NCBI GenBank assembly: GCA_019704295.1
Contig: AP024596.1
Span: 576,001-640,000, forward strand
Direction of reading: 5' to 3'
Length of the DNA: 64,000 bases
Origin: Sulfolobales archaeon HS-7
GTDB taxonomy: Archaea > Thermoproteota > Thermoprotei_A > Sulfolobales > Sulfolobaceae
Of this stretch, positions 19,628 through 29,389 are shown piece by piece. The position numbers and the translations under genes are program-made. The notes under the pieces are model-generated. The model was not told the DNA's origin. It was given only the letters and a program-made list of their open reading frames with translations, and ran no database searches. How positions within the stretch are numbered: position 1 is the stretch's first letter; each line of letters starts with the position of its first letter.

Positions 19628-19858
19628 CTATTGCGCCTCTCTCTCTATGATTTGTAATGCCGCTTTGAGTTTATCTCCTCTTCTCTTTGCATACTCCTTT
19701 ATGGCTTCGGTTGCTACTAAATTAAGCTTTTTCCTCTCAACCGCCGCCACAGTTACTAATAGATAATATATGTCTTCATCTATGTATAGGTTAAGGCGAT
19801 GCTTTTTCTTTTTATCTTCAGTTGGCACAAACCTCACCTTATGTATATTAAGTTCCAA
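19628..19858 (-). CDS. Ribbon-helix-helix (CopG-like) DNA-binding protein
   Basis: RLNLYIDEDIYYLL..AAVERKKLNLVATEAIKEY pattern. Confidence 0.75.
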   Translation of the reverse strand: MELNIHKVRFVPTEDKKKKHRLNLYIDEDIYYLLVTVAAVERKKLNLVATEAIKEYAKRRGDKLKAALQIIEREAQ

Positions 19859-19872
19859 AGTTAAAAGTGTTC

Positions 19873-20979
19873 TTACTCAAATTCTATTGTTGCAGGCGGT
19901 TTTGATGTAATATCATACATAACTTCACCAACGTCAGCAATGGTTATTATCCGTCTAGCGAGTGATTCTAGTTGTTCAATCGGTAATAACGGAACATCCG
20001 CCGTCATATAGTCTTCGGTATCTACTACCCTGATGACGACAGCGTATCGTCCGTTACTCTCTCTAATGGTATAAAGAGCGTGAGTTATATCATAGGCAAA
20101 TAATGCTCTTGCTGTATAACCTATATTGGGATATGGTGCACCTCTAGATATGGAGACTACTGATCCATATTGCCTGACATCTCCTTTTACCCCAGTGGCC
20201 TTAACTCTATATCTTTTGACCTGGTAGCCAACTATACTACTGAGCTTATCGTCGGGTATTGCATCATTCTCAAAAACTACTCCAAAAGTTTGAGAATGTC
20301 CGCTTATTTCATTTTCAATTATTCCAGTGACTTCCCTACACAGATTCAGTTTTTCAACGTTTATGGATCCAGGAACTCTAACGAGAAGACCAGGACCAGG
20401 AAACGGTTGTCTAAATATTATCTCTTTAGGTAAACCTAATCTCTCTGCAACAATCCTTACTTCGTTTTTGTATAGGTCCGCTAAAGGCTCAATAACGCTA
20501 AATCCGTACTCCCTTCTCGGATCTAACCCAATCTGAGTCAGAACATTATGTTGTGTTTTAATCCCCCCTTGGGTTTCAACCCAATCAGCAGCAATAGTAC
20601 CTTGAACGAGGTATTTAGCGCCTATTTCTCTCGCAATACTAGATAACGTTTCATAAAACGTTTTCCTGAAAACCTTTCTTTTTTGCTCAGCATCATAAAT
20701 TCCTTCTAATCTCCGATAAAATTCAGCTGATCTGTCAATCACGTTAACGTCCATAATTCCCTTAAGAAGTCTCTTCACATTATTCCCTTCGTTTTTCCTG
20801 AGCATTCCGGTATCTATTATTACGGGAAATACTTTTTCCCCTAATGCCTTATAAGTCAAAGCGACGGCGGTTGTGCTATCAACTCCTCCGCTTACCGCGG
20901 CTAAAATTCTACCCTTGTCCCCATAGTTATTCCTTAATTCCCTTATTGTCTCCTCAATGAACTTATCCGGATTGAACAT
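19873..20979 (-). CDS. guaAB: GMP synthase, ATP pyrophosphatase subunit B
   Basis: SGGVDS PP-loop, LVQGTI, IKTQHNV, RQPFPGPGL, YDITSKPPATIEFE. Confidence 0.93.
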   Translation of the reverse strand: MFNPDKFIEETIRELRNNYGDKGRILAAVSGGVDSTTAVALTYKALGEKVFPVIIDTGMLRKNEGNNVKRLLKGIMDVNVIDRSAEFYRRLEGIYDAEQKRKVFRKTFYETLSSIAREIGAKYLVQGTIAADWVETQGGIKTQHNVLTQIGLDPRREYGFSVIEPLADLYKNEVRIVAERLGLPKEIIFRQPFPGPGLLVRVPGSINVEKLNLCREVTGIIENEISGHSQTFGVVFENDAIPDDKLSSIVGYQVKRYRVKATGVKGDVRQYGSVVSISRGAPYPNIGYTARALFAYDITHALYTIRESNGRYAVVIRVVDTEDYMTADVPLLPIEQLESLARRIITIADVGEVMYDITSKPPATIEFE

Positions 20980-21137
20980 TAACTTAATGAAGGCATACTT
21001 TCTGATAAGTTTTTAGTTCTTTTTACACTTTTCCATAGTAAAGGACAAATTTATCGAAGCTAATTCAAGGTTAACCGGATTTAGCAATCACAAGCATTCG
21101 GTTAACCGTACTCCTCATAAACTTCAACATATTCAAT

Positions 21138-21433
21138 GTGAACTAACTCCGCTACCGGCAGGACTTTCTAATTCGTTACCCACCTTGCCTAAAGGGTGAC
21201 GGTCACATGTTAAGGTGGTTCCCAACATGCATTAAACTTTATGTCTAGGGTATCTCATACTATTACTGGAGCAGAGACTTACCGCATCAACCCTAGCCTA
21301 GGCGTCTTGATGACTCTATCAGCGGTTACCAGTAAATCCGCGTCTCTTTTTTTGTAGTTAAACTTAACTACAAAGCGATTCTCATCTCTACCTTAAAGAT
21401 GGAGTTTTCGCCTCATTTAAACACTCAATAAAA
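21138..21433 (-). mobile_element. IS200/IS605-type MITE (degraded)
   Basis: gtgaac right end, caccttgcc, ggagcagag..accgcatc.accc..taggcgtc core, and left-end gttttcgcc..ttaaac. Confidence 0.7.
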
Positions 21434-21567
21434 TTCTAGAGAGTTATACTAACGCTTTCTATCCTGAAGTAAACTAACAATGAACCTGTAGCCTAGGTTT
21501 AAGATGATGGAAGGCTTTATTAACAGTATAAACTAAGGGAAATATTGATAAGCAGATGAGTTGGGAT

Positions 21568-21696
21568 GGGCCCGTAGCTCAGTTAGGCAGAGCGTTGGGC
21601 TCCAGATAATCTTTGGGTCTTCCGACCATAAAGGGATGATATATATCTGGAGCGGGAGAGACCCAAAGGTCGCGGGTTCAAATCCCGTCGGGCCCA
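21568..21696 (+). tRNA. tRNA-Trp(CCA) with a 55-nt intron at 37/38 (21606-21660)
   Basis: Acceptor GGGCCCG/CGGGCCC, D arm, anticodon arm TTGGG-CTCCAG|A-CCCAA, T arm GCGGGTTCAAATCCCGT; CCA not encoded. Confidence 0.93.
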
Positions 21697-21697
21697 T

Positions 21698-22765
21698 TCA
21701 TCGAACGAGGGAGAGAAGTATTGCGATGGCAAGAAGCGCTAAGAATATACTTTGCAACGAATTCAAGGTCTTCGTATTACTTATTAGCCTTCCTAATACT
21801 TCATTGAATAGTTTTCCTCCGTCTGTTATTATTAACGGAAGAGCGTTAAGAGCAGCTAAACTAAAGTTAACCACGTACATCCAGAAAACGAAATTGACTA
21901 TAGGGTAAAATGAAGCCGATATATCGTCTTCAACATAAATTCCGAGCTTTCCGCCCTTTGTAGTTAAGTTCCTTAATGTCATGACAGTACCGTTGGTCAA
22001 GATCGTGAGACTCACCTTAGGAGGTAAAGGCTCAACAGAAGAGAGTTGATTTACATCTCTGATCGTGATGTTATTTACCCTGACAATCACGTCTCCAGGA
22101 TGAAGAAATTCACCCGCAGGGTAAGTTGAATTAACGGAGACGATTAACACCCCATTTGAAGCCGTGTTGACTAAAGGGGTAAATAAAGCGAGAAAAAGTA
22201 AAGCCATTATTAAGTTAATGGCTATACCTGCCGATATGATTCTAATCCGTGATGAGCGCTTAGCTAAATTAAGTCCCTCCTCATCCGGTTCTACAAAAGC
22301 TCCAGGAAAAACAGCTAAAACGAATAGTCCTATTGACTTCACGGTAATTCCCTCCGATGTCGAAGCCAGTGCATGCATTAACTCATGTATTGTTATCGAT
22401 AAAACTAGGGCAATGGCTATATAGAGAAACTGATATATGGAGACGGTCACTCCAGGGATAATAGGCACTAACTTGGCTGAGGAATGAGACATGGTAAAAG
22501 AGGACAGGATAACGCTTACTACTAAGTATATGCCTAACGCCATCGATATAAACGCTACACCAGTTAATATATTATTAAATACTTTGAAAGCCCTGCTTCT
22601 AGTTAAGGTGGGTAACCACTCACTCCTACTTTTCCTTCTCCATATTAATAGAAGAGGAAGAAGTGTGATACCCTTTTTACTAAGGTATTCTGCTTTTTTA
22701 CTAAGTGCAACAGACAGCAGAATCCACGCTAGTAATATTAGCTCTACTATAATCAAGGATTGCAT
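21698..22765 (-). CDS. Site-2 protease (M50 family) with PDZ domain
   Basis: HELMH, GAFVEPDE, NALPLIITDGG motifs, PDZ-like insert. Confidence 0.92.
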   Translation of the reverse strand: MQSLIIVELILLAWILLSVALSKKAEYLSKKGITLLPLLLIWRRKSRSEWLPTLTRSRAFKVFNNILTGVAFISMALGIYLVVSVILSSFTMSHSSAKLVPIIPGVTVSIYQFLYIAIALVLSITIHELMHALASTSEGITVKSIGLFVLAVFPGAFVEPDEEGLNLAKRSSRIRIISAGIAINLIMALLFLALFTPLVNTASNGVLIVSVNSTYPAGEFLHPGDVIVRVNNITIRDVNQLSSVEPLPPKVSLTILTNGTVMTLRNLTTKGGKLGIYVEDDISASFYPIVNFVFWMYVVNFSLAALNALPLIITDGGKLFNEVLGRLISNTKTLNSLQSIFLALLAIAILLSLVR

Positions 22766-22784
22766 ATATTAACTCATCTTATGA

Positions 22785-23429
22785 ATGATTATATCGTTTA
22801 TGGAAAGAAGCTATTCTCCAGAACATTGGAGTCTACTAAACTCACTAAGGAGAAGGGCGATAGCCATACTAGAGGAGTTGTCGCGAATGGGTATGCGGGG
22901 CAATGTTTACGGTTCGATAGCTAGGGGTGACGTAAACCAGCACAGTGATATAGACGTGGTTGTAGAGAATCCCGACTTTATAAAGCTTGATATGATACCC
23001 TATTCTCATAGATTCGTCGTACAAGCCACCCCTAAATCTACCCCTAAGGTATACATATCGCTTGATCCTGAGGAAAAGGAAATAATATCCTTTCCAATAG
23101 GTAAATTAACTAGAGATGAATACTTCTTCTTTAAATTCGGAGGTATGATTTCGCTTGATGAAATGAAAGAAGGGAAAAGGGTTCCAGGTATCAATAAGCA
23201 ATTACTTTTAATAATCCCGAGAAAGGATGGTCATACCTCCGTAGAAGTTAATGGAAACGAGGCCTACGTTTCAAAGGTAATTGGAATTCCTCTTTCCACA
23301 GTTAAGGAAAGGGAAAGAGTATTGCAGAAGAGGAAAGAACAGGGAAGAACTGGAGTCTTCTTTAAATATGAGTTGTATCCTAACGAGAGCATTTTGGAGG
23401 CCTTAAACAACATTAAGAGGAGAAGGTAA
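22785..23429 (+). CDS. Predicted nucleotidyltransferase (archaeal COG2413-like)
   Basis: YGSIARGDV...SDID pol-beta-type motif; RVPGINKQL; GRTGVF. Confidence 0.85.
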   Translation: MIISFMERSYSPEHWSLLNSLRRRAIAILEELSRMGMRGNVYGSIARGDVNQHSDIDVVVENPDFIKLDMIPYSHRFVVQATPKSTPKVYISLDPEEKEIISFPIGKLTRDEYFFFKFGGMISLDEMKEGKRVPGINKQLLLIIPRKDGHTSVEVNGNEAYVSKVIGIPLSTVKERERVLQKRKEQGRTGVFFKYELYPNESILEALNNIKRRR

Positions 23430-23944
23430 TGATTGAGTGTGTTGGCAAGAGGAAATATTATCTATCGGGAAGCTACGTTTGTGAGTTTAATCTTTTCGGG
23501 AAGAGGGTTGGATTATTAACGTTTTTTCCTAGAAGAGAAGTTTACTCACCCTGGGCCGACCTAGACTACTCGCCATGGCCACGTAAGTATAATAAGGAAG
23601 TAGATATAGTCACTTATCTAGTGAATCTAGTAGGACCTGGAGGGAAGGTAATGATCTCCTATGAAAGCGATGAAGAGACGAGAAAGTTGCTATTAAGGGG
23701 TATTCCACCTCAAATAACCCCCCTTGGTTTCTCAATGGTTAAAAGTGGGATAACCTGGTTTAAGGATTGGTACTTCGCAGAGGGAGGTAATGAGGGAAAC
23801 GTGAAATTACAAGGAAATGTGCCCCTGCATGAATCGGAGAGAAAGAGACAACTTTTAGAATTGCTAGAGGAAATTAAGAATTACGGTGACGCGTTAAGCG
23901 TTAAAGTAAAGAGGTATATAAATGATGAACTCAATCGTAGGTAA
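23429..23944 (+). CDS. DUF1122 family protein
   Basis: TPLG...GITWFKDWYFAEGGNEG..KLQG signature. Confidence 0.85.
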   Translation: MIECVGKRKYYLSGSYVCEFNLFGKRVGLLTFFPRREVYSPWADLDYSPWPRKYNKEVDIVTYLVNLVGPGGKVMISYESDEETRKLLLRGIPPQITPLGFSMVKSGITWFKDWYFAEGGNEGNVKLQGNVPLHESERKRQLLELLEEIKNYGDALSVKVKRYINDELNRR

Positions 23945-24950
23945 TCCGGAAGTTGGAATATACAGAGGACGCTTGCCAATTGGATGCGAATTATGTAGGA
24001 TTGGGGCTAAGCTGGTTATTTTCGTTACAGGAGAATGCGGAGATAACTGCTTCTATTGTCCAGTTAGTGAGAAGCGATTCGGAAAAGATCGGATTTTCGC
24101 GAATGAGAGTGAGGTTAATGACACTAACGAGATTATTTGGGAAGCGTATAGGATGTCAGCACTAGGAGCTAGTATAACTGGAGGCGATCCTTTACTTCAT
24201 TTGGATAGGACAGTCAAGATCGTTACTGCGCTAAAGGAGGAATTCGGTTCTCAATTTCACATACACCTCTATACAAGTGGAAGATATGCAACGACAGACG
24301 CGATAAGGGAATTAGCTTACGCTGGATTAGACGAAATCAGGTTCCACCCTATAAACGAGAAATACCTCAAATTTGCGGAGAGAGCCACTACATTTGATAT
24401 TGACGTAGGAATAGAAATACCAGCTGTTCCAGGTCAGGAAAAGTTTATAATTGATGTTATAAAATGGGCCGAAAATAACAAAGTGAAATTCGTTAACATA
24501 AACGAACTTGAAGTCACTGAAAGGAATTACACTAATCTTTTGCCCATGGGGATCAAAGTCGAACATGGAATAGCTGGGGGGAGTAAAAGTGCGGAATTAG
24601 CTATAGGAATAGTAAAAGAATTAGAACCTTCTAAAATATCACTACATTATTGCAGTTCAGTTTACAAGGATATAGTAGAAACTCGAACAAGGTTCATTCG
24701 GACAGCGAAGAACGTCAGAAAACCCTATGAAGAAATAACTGGCGAGGGAACCATAATAAGACTAGTTACCAAAAAATGGAACAGAGACCTTGAAACATAC
24801 GGGGAAGTAATAGGCAACGAGCTTCACCTTTCGCCTAATCTTGATAAGGAGATTTTACATAGCATAGATGAGGCGTGGTTAGTGGAAACGCACCCAGACG
24901 CGAGAAGACTTGAAATATCAAGAACTCGCATACGTTATCCTGAATCTTAA
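23922..24950 (+). CDS. Uncharacterised radical SAM protein (COG2108-like)
   Basis: GCELC, CGDNCFYC radical SAM motif, ITGGDP, GLDEIRFHP. Confidence 0.88.
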   Translation: MMNSIVGNPEVGIYRGRLPIGCELCRIGAKLVIFVTGECGDNCFYCPVSEKRFGKDRIFANESEVNDTNEIIWEAYRMSALGASITGGDPLLHLDRTVKIVTALKEEFGSQFHIHLYTSGRYATTDAIRELAYAGLDEIRFHPINEKYLKFAERATTFDIDVGIEIPAVPGQEKFIIDVIKWAENNKVKFVNINELEVTERNYTNLLPMGIKVEHGIAGGSKSAELAIGIVKELEPSKISLHYCSSVYKDIVETRTRFIRTAKNVRKPYEEITGEGTIIRLVTKKWNRDLETYGEVIGNELHLSPNLDKEILHSIDEAWLVETHPDARRLEISRTRIRYPES

Positions 24951-25946
24951 TGTAGATGCGATTCCTCCTAGTGACTTTATCTTATCATACGCGTTTGATT
25001 CCTTAGGAACTATTCTTACCTTACCTCTCTGCTTCTCAACTTCCCTAAGGAGACTCTCAATTTTCCCTGATTCGTCAGATGTTATAATATCTTCTACGAC
25101 AAATAACGTATCTATAGCACCCAATTCAGAGGCTTTACTAACTTCCTCTAAGCCGTATGCGTAAAGCCCGGTGTCCCTCGACATCAAGTAAAATAACATC
25201 TCTACCTCTTTTTCGGTCTCGGAAAGTTCGTAATCTCTAATTGCTATGCTAACTATGTCTTTTTTCAATAGTTCGTAAAGTCCGCTCCTATCGGCATTAC
25301 TTACCCTATCCTCGTATATGGAGAGGGAGGCAAGATGTCGCTTAACCTTGTCCTTAAACGTACCGGGACCGGCAAGTATGACTTTGGTGATACCCCTATT
25401 CTTGGCATAAGAGATTATTCTCTTAGCTAACTCTAACGCGTTGTCCTCAGAGTAATCCAAATCGTCTGACGGCGGCTTTAGCGTCCCCTCCTCAATTACT
25501 TTCACCCCTTGGATCATGGGAATTGCAAATAGGTATTCATCATAATCGACTAGCACAATCATAACTCCCTCCCTCCTCTCCTCAGCCTTTCTTAACCTTT
25601 CCAATTCGAAGGTCGTCCACTTGGATTTGATTATCACTAATGGGTTTCCTAAATCTAGGTTTATTGTATGATGAAATCCTTTAATTCCGTATCTTTCAGG
25701 CGCTTCAATTATTATTCCATGGATTCTGAGTCTAGTCGTGAATTCCTGAAACTCGACTTTCTCTACCCTTAATCTAATGATGATGGGGATTCTTTTACTG
25801 GAAGTCTCATTACTTATATCCCTAGTTGTTTTCGCAATTACCTCATCGCCTCGCCTTAATATCACCTTAATTGTCCACAGATCGTCCTCAACTTCGGGCA
25901 AAATCTCCATTTCCCCCGTTTTTTCGTTAAAACTCAAAATCCTCAT
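24918..25946 (-). CDS. pelA: Pelota (ribosome rescue factor)
   Basis: EDDLW, RLRIHGII, HHTINL, LAGPG, YGLEEV, LGGIASTLRF; ATG at 25946 preferred. Confidence 0.93.
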   Translation of the reverse strand: MRILSFNEKTGEMEILPEVEDDLWTIKVILRRGDEVIAKTTRDISNETSSKRIPIIIRLRVEKVEFQEFTTRLRIHGIIIEAPERYGIKGFHHTINLDLGNPLVIIKSKWTTFELERLRKAEERREGVMIVLVDYDEYLFAIPMIQGVKVIEEGTLKPPSDDLDYSEDNALELAKRIISYAKNRGITKVILAGPGTFKDKVKRHLASLSIYEDRVSNADRSGLYELLKKDIVSIAIRDYELSETEKEVEMLFYLMSRDTGLYAYGLEEVSKASELGAIDTLFVVEDIITSDESGKIESLLREVEKQRGKVRIVPKESNAYDKIKSLGGIASTLRFRITYASS

Positions 25947-25962
25947 TGGATAATACAGTACT

Positions 25963-26424
25963 ATGGAAATCAAAATTAATAAGGCTAAACAGGAAGATTT
26001 GGAAGAAATTTACAATATAGAACTTCAGAGCTTCTCAACACCTTACCCTTACATGCTGTTAAGATCATTAATGATACTCTTTGGAGAACTTTTCATAGTT
26101 GCAAGAGACGAGGAAAATATAGCGGGCTACGCGATTGGTGCAATTAGACATAGGTACATGGGACACGTCATTTCCATCGCAGTCAAACCAGAATACAGAA
26201 ACAGAGGAATTGGTAAGTCGCTTCTTAGAACTTTGGAAACGTATTTTAGAAGCATGAATGCGCTGTATTCTTATCTAGAGGTTGACACAAGTAATTCCAT
26301 AGCGCTTAATCTATACAGGAAAGCTTCATATTTAGTTATGGGAACCCATAAGGATTATTATGGGAAAGGTAAGCATGCGTTTGTTATGATAAAGAACCTT
26401 CATCATAACCTAGATTTAGAATGA
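25963..26424 (+). CDS. N-terminal acetyltransferase (Ard1/RimI, GNAT)
   Basis: GHVISIAVKPEYRNRGIG, LEV..SN..A..LY, YY. Confidence 0.88.
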   Translation: MEIKINKAKQEDLEEIYNIELQSFSTPYPYMLLRSLMILFGELFIVARDEENIAGYAIGAIRHRYMGHVISIAVKPEYRNRGIGKSLLRTLETYFRSMNALYSYLEVDTSNSIALNLYRKASYLVMGTHKDYYGKGKHAFVMIKNLHHNLDLE

Positions 26425-26890
26425 CACTGGACCGTTTCTCTTAAGAGTTACACAATTTTAGAGTTAGGCCTTTCGCCGTAATTATTAGTTATCCGTCCTC
26501 ATCACCCTCCTCTCTTGCCATCTACGGAACTGACTCGCATTTAGGACATGTGGAGTTTCGTTGAATGTTTCCCTTTCACATTGTTCATTTAATTCATTAA
26601 GGCGCCCTCCGTTTTAACATCTGCGTAAAAGTTTGAAAATTTCGGCTCTTGCCCTTATGGAGCGAACGGATTCCGGATCAGCAGTAGAGTAAGTACGGAA
26701 AAAGGAGTGGTATAACAATATCCTCAAAACTGGGGGATAAGGGAAAAATACAGGGTAAGAAGTGAATTATAATTGGTATCTTACCAGATTAGGAGGAGTA
26801 GTCTGATTTACTATAGGGAGGCACTTTAGGACCTCCTATTCGTTAGCGTGAACGACTAGATCGATTTTGAAGTTATTAAAGGACTCCGAA

Positions 26891-27247
26891 TTATTGCTTG
26901 GATAGATATCCCGACATATAGGCAAAATTGGAAAGAACACCCAAAGCCAAAGCTAAATGTATGTAAGGGACTACAATACTGTATAAAGAAGAAGAAATCA
27001 GTACAAATCCAACGCCTAATAAACCGTTCAAGGCAATTATTATTGCATTGCCTAAGGACATACGTTTTATAATGGGGAATCTAGCATTTGAGTAAACCAT
27101 TATTGAAGCGAAAAATAGAATTAGCCCCAGAACGACATGTATAACAAGAATATAATTAAGGAATGAATTGCTTAAGATAAACCCTACAATAATGTCAATT
27201 AACGTTAACCAAGTTAGGTAAAAAGGGAGTTTAGCTTCACTGTTCAT
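26891..27247 (-). CDS. Small 4-TM membrane protein
   Basis: Four hydrophobic segments with two intramembrane His residues (IHVVLG, IHLALA). Confidence 0.7.
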   Translation of the reverse strand: MNSEAKLPFYLTWLTLIDIIVGFILSNSFLNYILVIHVVLGLILFFASIMVYSNARFPIIKRMSLGNAIIIALNGLLGVGFVLISSSLYSIVVPYIHLALALGVLSNFAYMSGYLSKQ

Positions 27248-27310
27248 AAAAACGTGTCTTTCTCCTGTTTATTAAGTTGTTGTACAAAGGGGTGTATTTG
27301 GCGCTCATAT

Positions 27311-28020
27311 ATGAACTCATTCCTTCCTAAAGGAAGCGACTTCCTACTTCTCAGACCCACCTTGTCAGTAATATAGGGTGGAGCTCTACGGGCCCTGAGG
27401 GTCGCACCGATCTACGTAAGATTTTCAGGGAATCGTTGTAATCTAGATCGGTTCCCTACCTACAATGGGAACAGAAAAAGATTCGATCGGAGAGGGTAAG
27501 GTGTTCCCTCGCTTGACAGTATTTAACGTGCAATAAATGTAATTTACTTTAAAAACTAACTTTTAGTACTTAGAAATAGCTACCTTAAAACGCTCAATTG
27601 GGGCAATAATACAGGGGACTATAAGGAATTAAACGGCTTGGTTTACTTCATAGGCTTGAAATATCCAGCAGTACCCTCAGTAAACGTCGACCTCATTGCC
27701 CTGAAAACCTCGTTTTTAGCCTTGATCCTTGAAAGATATGCTTAATAAACTAATTTTATATTATCTCTCCTCGCAAGCAAGCGAATTTAAATTCTAGATA
27801 GATTGTTTTATAACTTTTTAGTTTATTTAGTTATTCATGTTAATTATGCATTGAGCGCAATCCCAGGCCTTTAATGCCGTCAACTTTTATCGACGTAAGT
27901 CCTAAACTTAAATCCCACATCGGACACTGGGAGAACACTACGTCATGATTTGTTATTCTTTAGGACAAGGAGATATCCATTCCGTGCGGGTTTTTCGCCA
28001 CCTTTGAACCCTCTATTATA
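27311..28020 (-). pseudogene. tnpB: Highly decayed IS200/IS605 tnpB element
   Basis: Right end and DYNDSLKIL-like RuvC-III remnant at 27311-27450; TnpB N-terminus VSDVGFKFRTYVD near 27890-27927; left-end hairpin 27970-28015. Confidence 0.7.
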
Positions 28021-28355
28021 ATATTATTAAGGTATTATCGTCGCAGAACCTATATTGTTAGTATTGCCTTACTTAATGACACGACCTAAGGGTTTAACAA
28101 TTTTAGTGAGATTTACAGGTCTGAGCTCAAAACTATCTCATCTACTCTTAATTTCTTGAAAATTCAGGAATTATAGAGAGGAAGATAGTGAACACTAGCC
28201 CGTTTAAAGCAAATTATGTCCTTAAGGAAAGGAACTAGGGTAATTTTTAACAACACAATAAATCGAGGGAACAAGTGAACAAAAAAGTAACTGCCTGTTT
28301 AGCTGTCATAGCGGATTTTAAAGTGATTATCTCAGTACAATTTGCAATTAGATAG

Positions 28356-28751
28356 TCATGGGATTACCGTTACTTGCACTTTCCTTTTCCTGGGACCATC
28401 AAACTCCAGTAATATAATCCTTTGCCAAGTTCCTAGATCTAATTTACCGTGACTAATGTTTACAGTTCTGGAGTTTCCAACAAGCGAACATATTAAGTGA
28501 GCGTGACCGTTGTTATCAATCTCGTTATGCTTATATCTGAAATCTACTGGAAAAAGTCTGATGTACTGTTCTATGAGATCATTCAAGAGACCCTTTTCCG
28601 CCTCATTAATTGTAATACAACAAGTAGTATGCTTTACTGAAATTAAGGCTATCCCATTTGTTACCGATTTAATTTTCTCTTCTACAAATTGAGTTATGTC
28701 AATAGCTTGGAATCTATAATTGGTATCTAATTCAATTTCGTCTATTAACAT
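28356..28751 (-). CDS. YjbQ/UPF0047 family protein
   Basis: HTT...INE, YKHN..DNNGHAH, LGTWQ, EFDGPR. Confidence 0.92.
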   Translation of the reverse strand: MLIDEIELDTNYRFQAIDITQFVEEKIKSVTNGIALISVKHTTCCITINEAEKGLLNDLIEQYIRLFPVDFRYKHNEIDNNGHAHLICSLVGNSRTVNISHGKLDLGTWQRIILLEFDGPRKRKVQVTVIP

Positions 28752-28847
28752 TCCTCTTCATAATAATTGCCCCTTATTATACGAAAAGTTTTTCTCATAA
28801 CCAAATCAGAAAATGTTATAACCCTGAGTGGAGGAAAGTGAAGGAAA

Positions 28848-29315
28848 TTGAAGTGGTGTTCAGTAATCATCAGAAATGGAAATCAGGTTTTATTACTTCA
28901 TAAGTCAAGGGGGTTGGGAACTGGCCTCATTACTTTTCCAGGGGGTAAAATAGAGGCGAATGAGACGGAAGAAGAGTGCGCTACTAGAGAGTCCAAGGAA
29001 GAAACTGGCGTTATGCCTAACGAACTAAGACAGGTTGCTAAAATAAACTTTAAAAGAGGAAATGAGGTTGACGTGATGTACGTATTTATAGGGACTGCTA
29101 CTGTTAAGAAAATTTACGAAAGTGACGAGGGTGTTACAGAATGGTATAATACCGATAACCTTCCCTTTGATAAGATGTGGCCTGACACCAGATTCTGGGT
29201 AGATTGCATATTAAAAGATAAATTCGTAAACTGTTTATTCGAATTCTCTGAAGATTATTCAAAATTCTTCGGAGGTGAATGTATCGCGACTCCTATAGAA
29301 TTGACAAATAATTAA
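28848..29315 (+). CDS. Nudix hydrolase (MutT/MTH1-like)
   Basis: GGKIEANETEEECATRESKEETG Nudix box, PFDKMWPD. Confidence 0.9.
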   Translation: MKWCSVIIRNGNQVLLLHKSRGLGTGLITFPGGKIEANETEEECATRESKEETGVMPNELRQVAKINFKRGNEVDVMYVFIGTATVKKIYESDEGVTEWYNTDNLPFDKMWPDTRFWVDCILKDKFVNCLFEFSEDYSKFFGGECIATPIELTNN

Positions 29316-29389
29316 GAACGAGAGGTTTCCTATACGGCCTTCGACAACACACTTTAATAACAAAGAAATATTATACTGTTCCCTGAAAG

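Noticed and set aside
21561-21908. 115-aa plus-strand ORF
   Set aside because: Overlaps tRNA-Trp and the antisense strand of the M50 protease; spurious.
26430-26890. Possible IS remnant or ncRNA (CPKC-like fragment on the minus strand)
   Set aside because: Too degraded to assign by eye.
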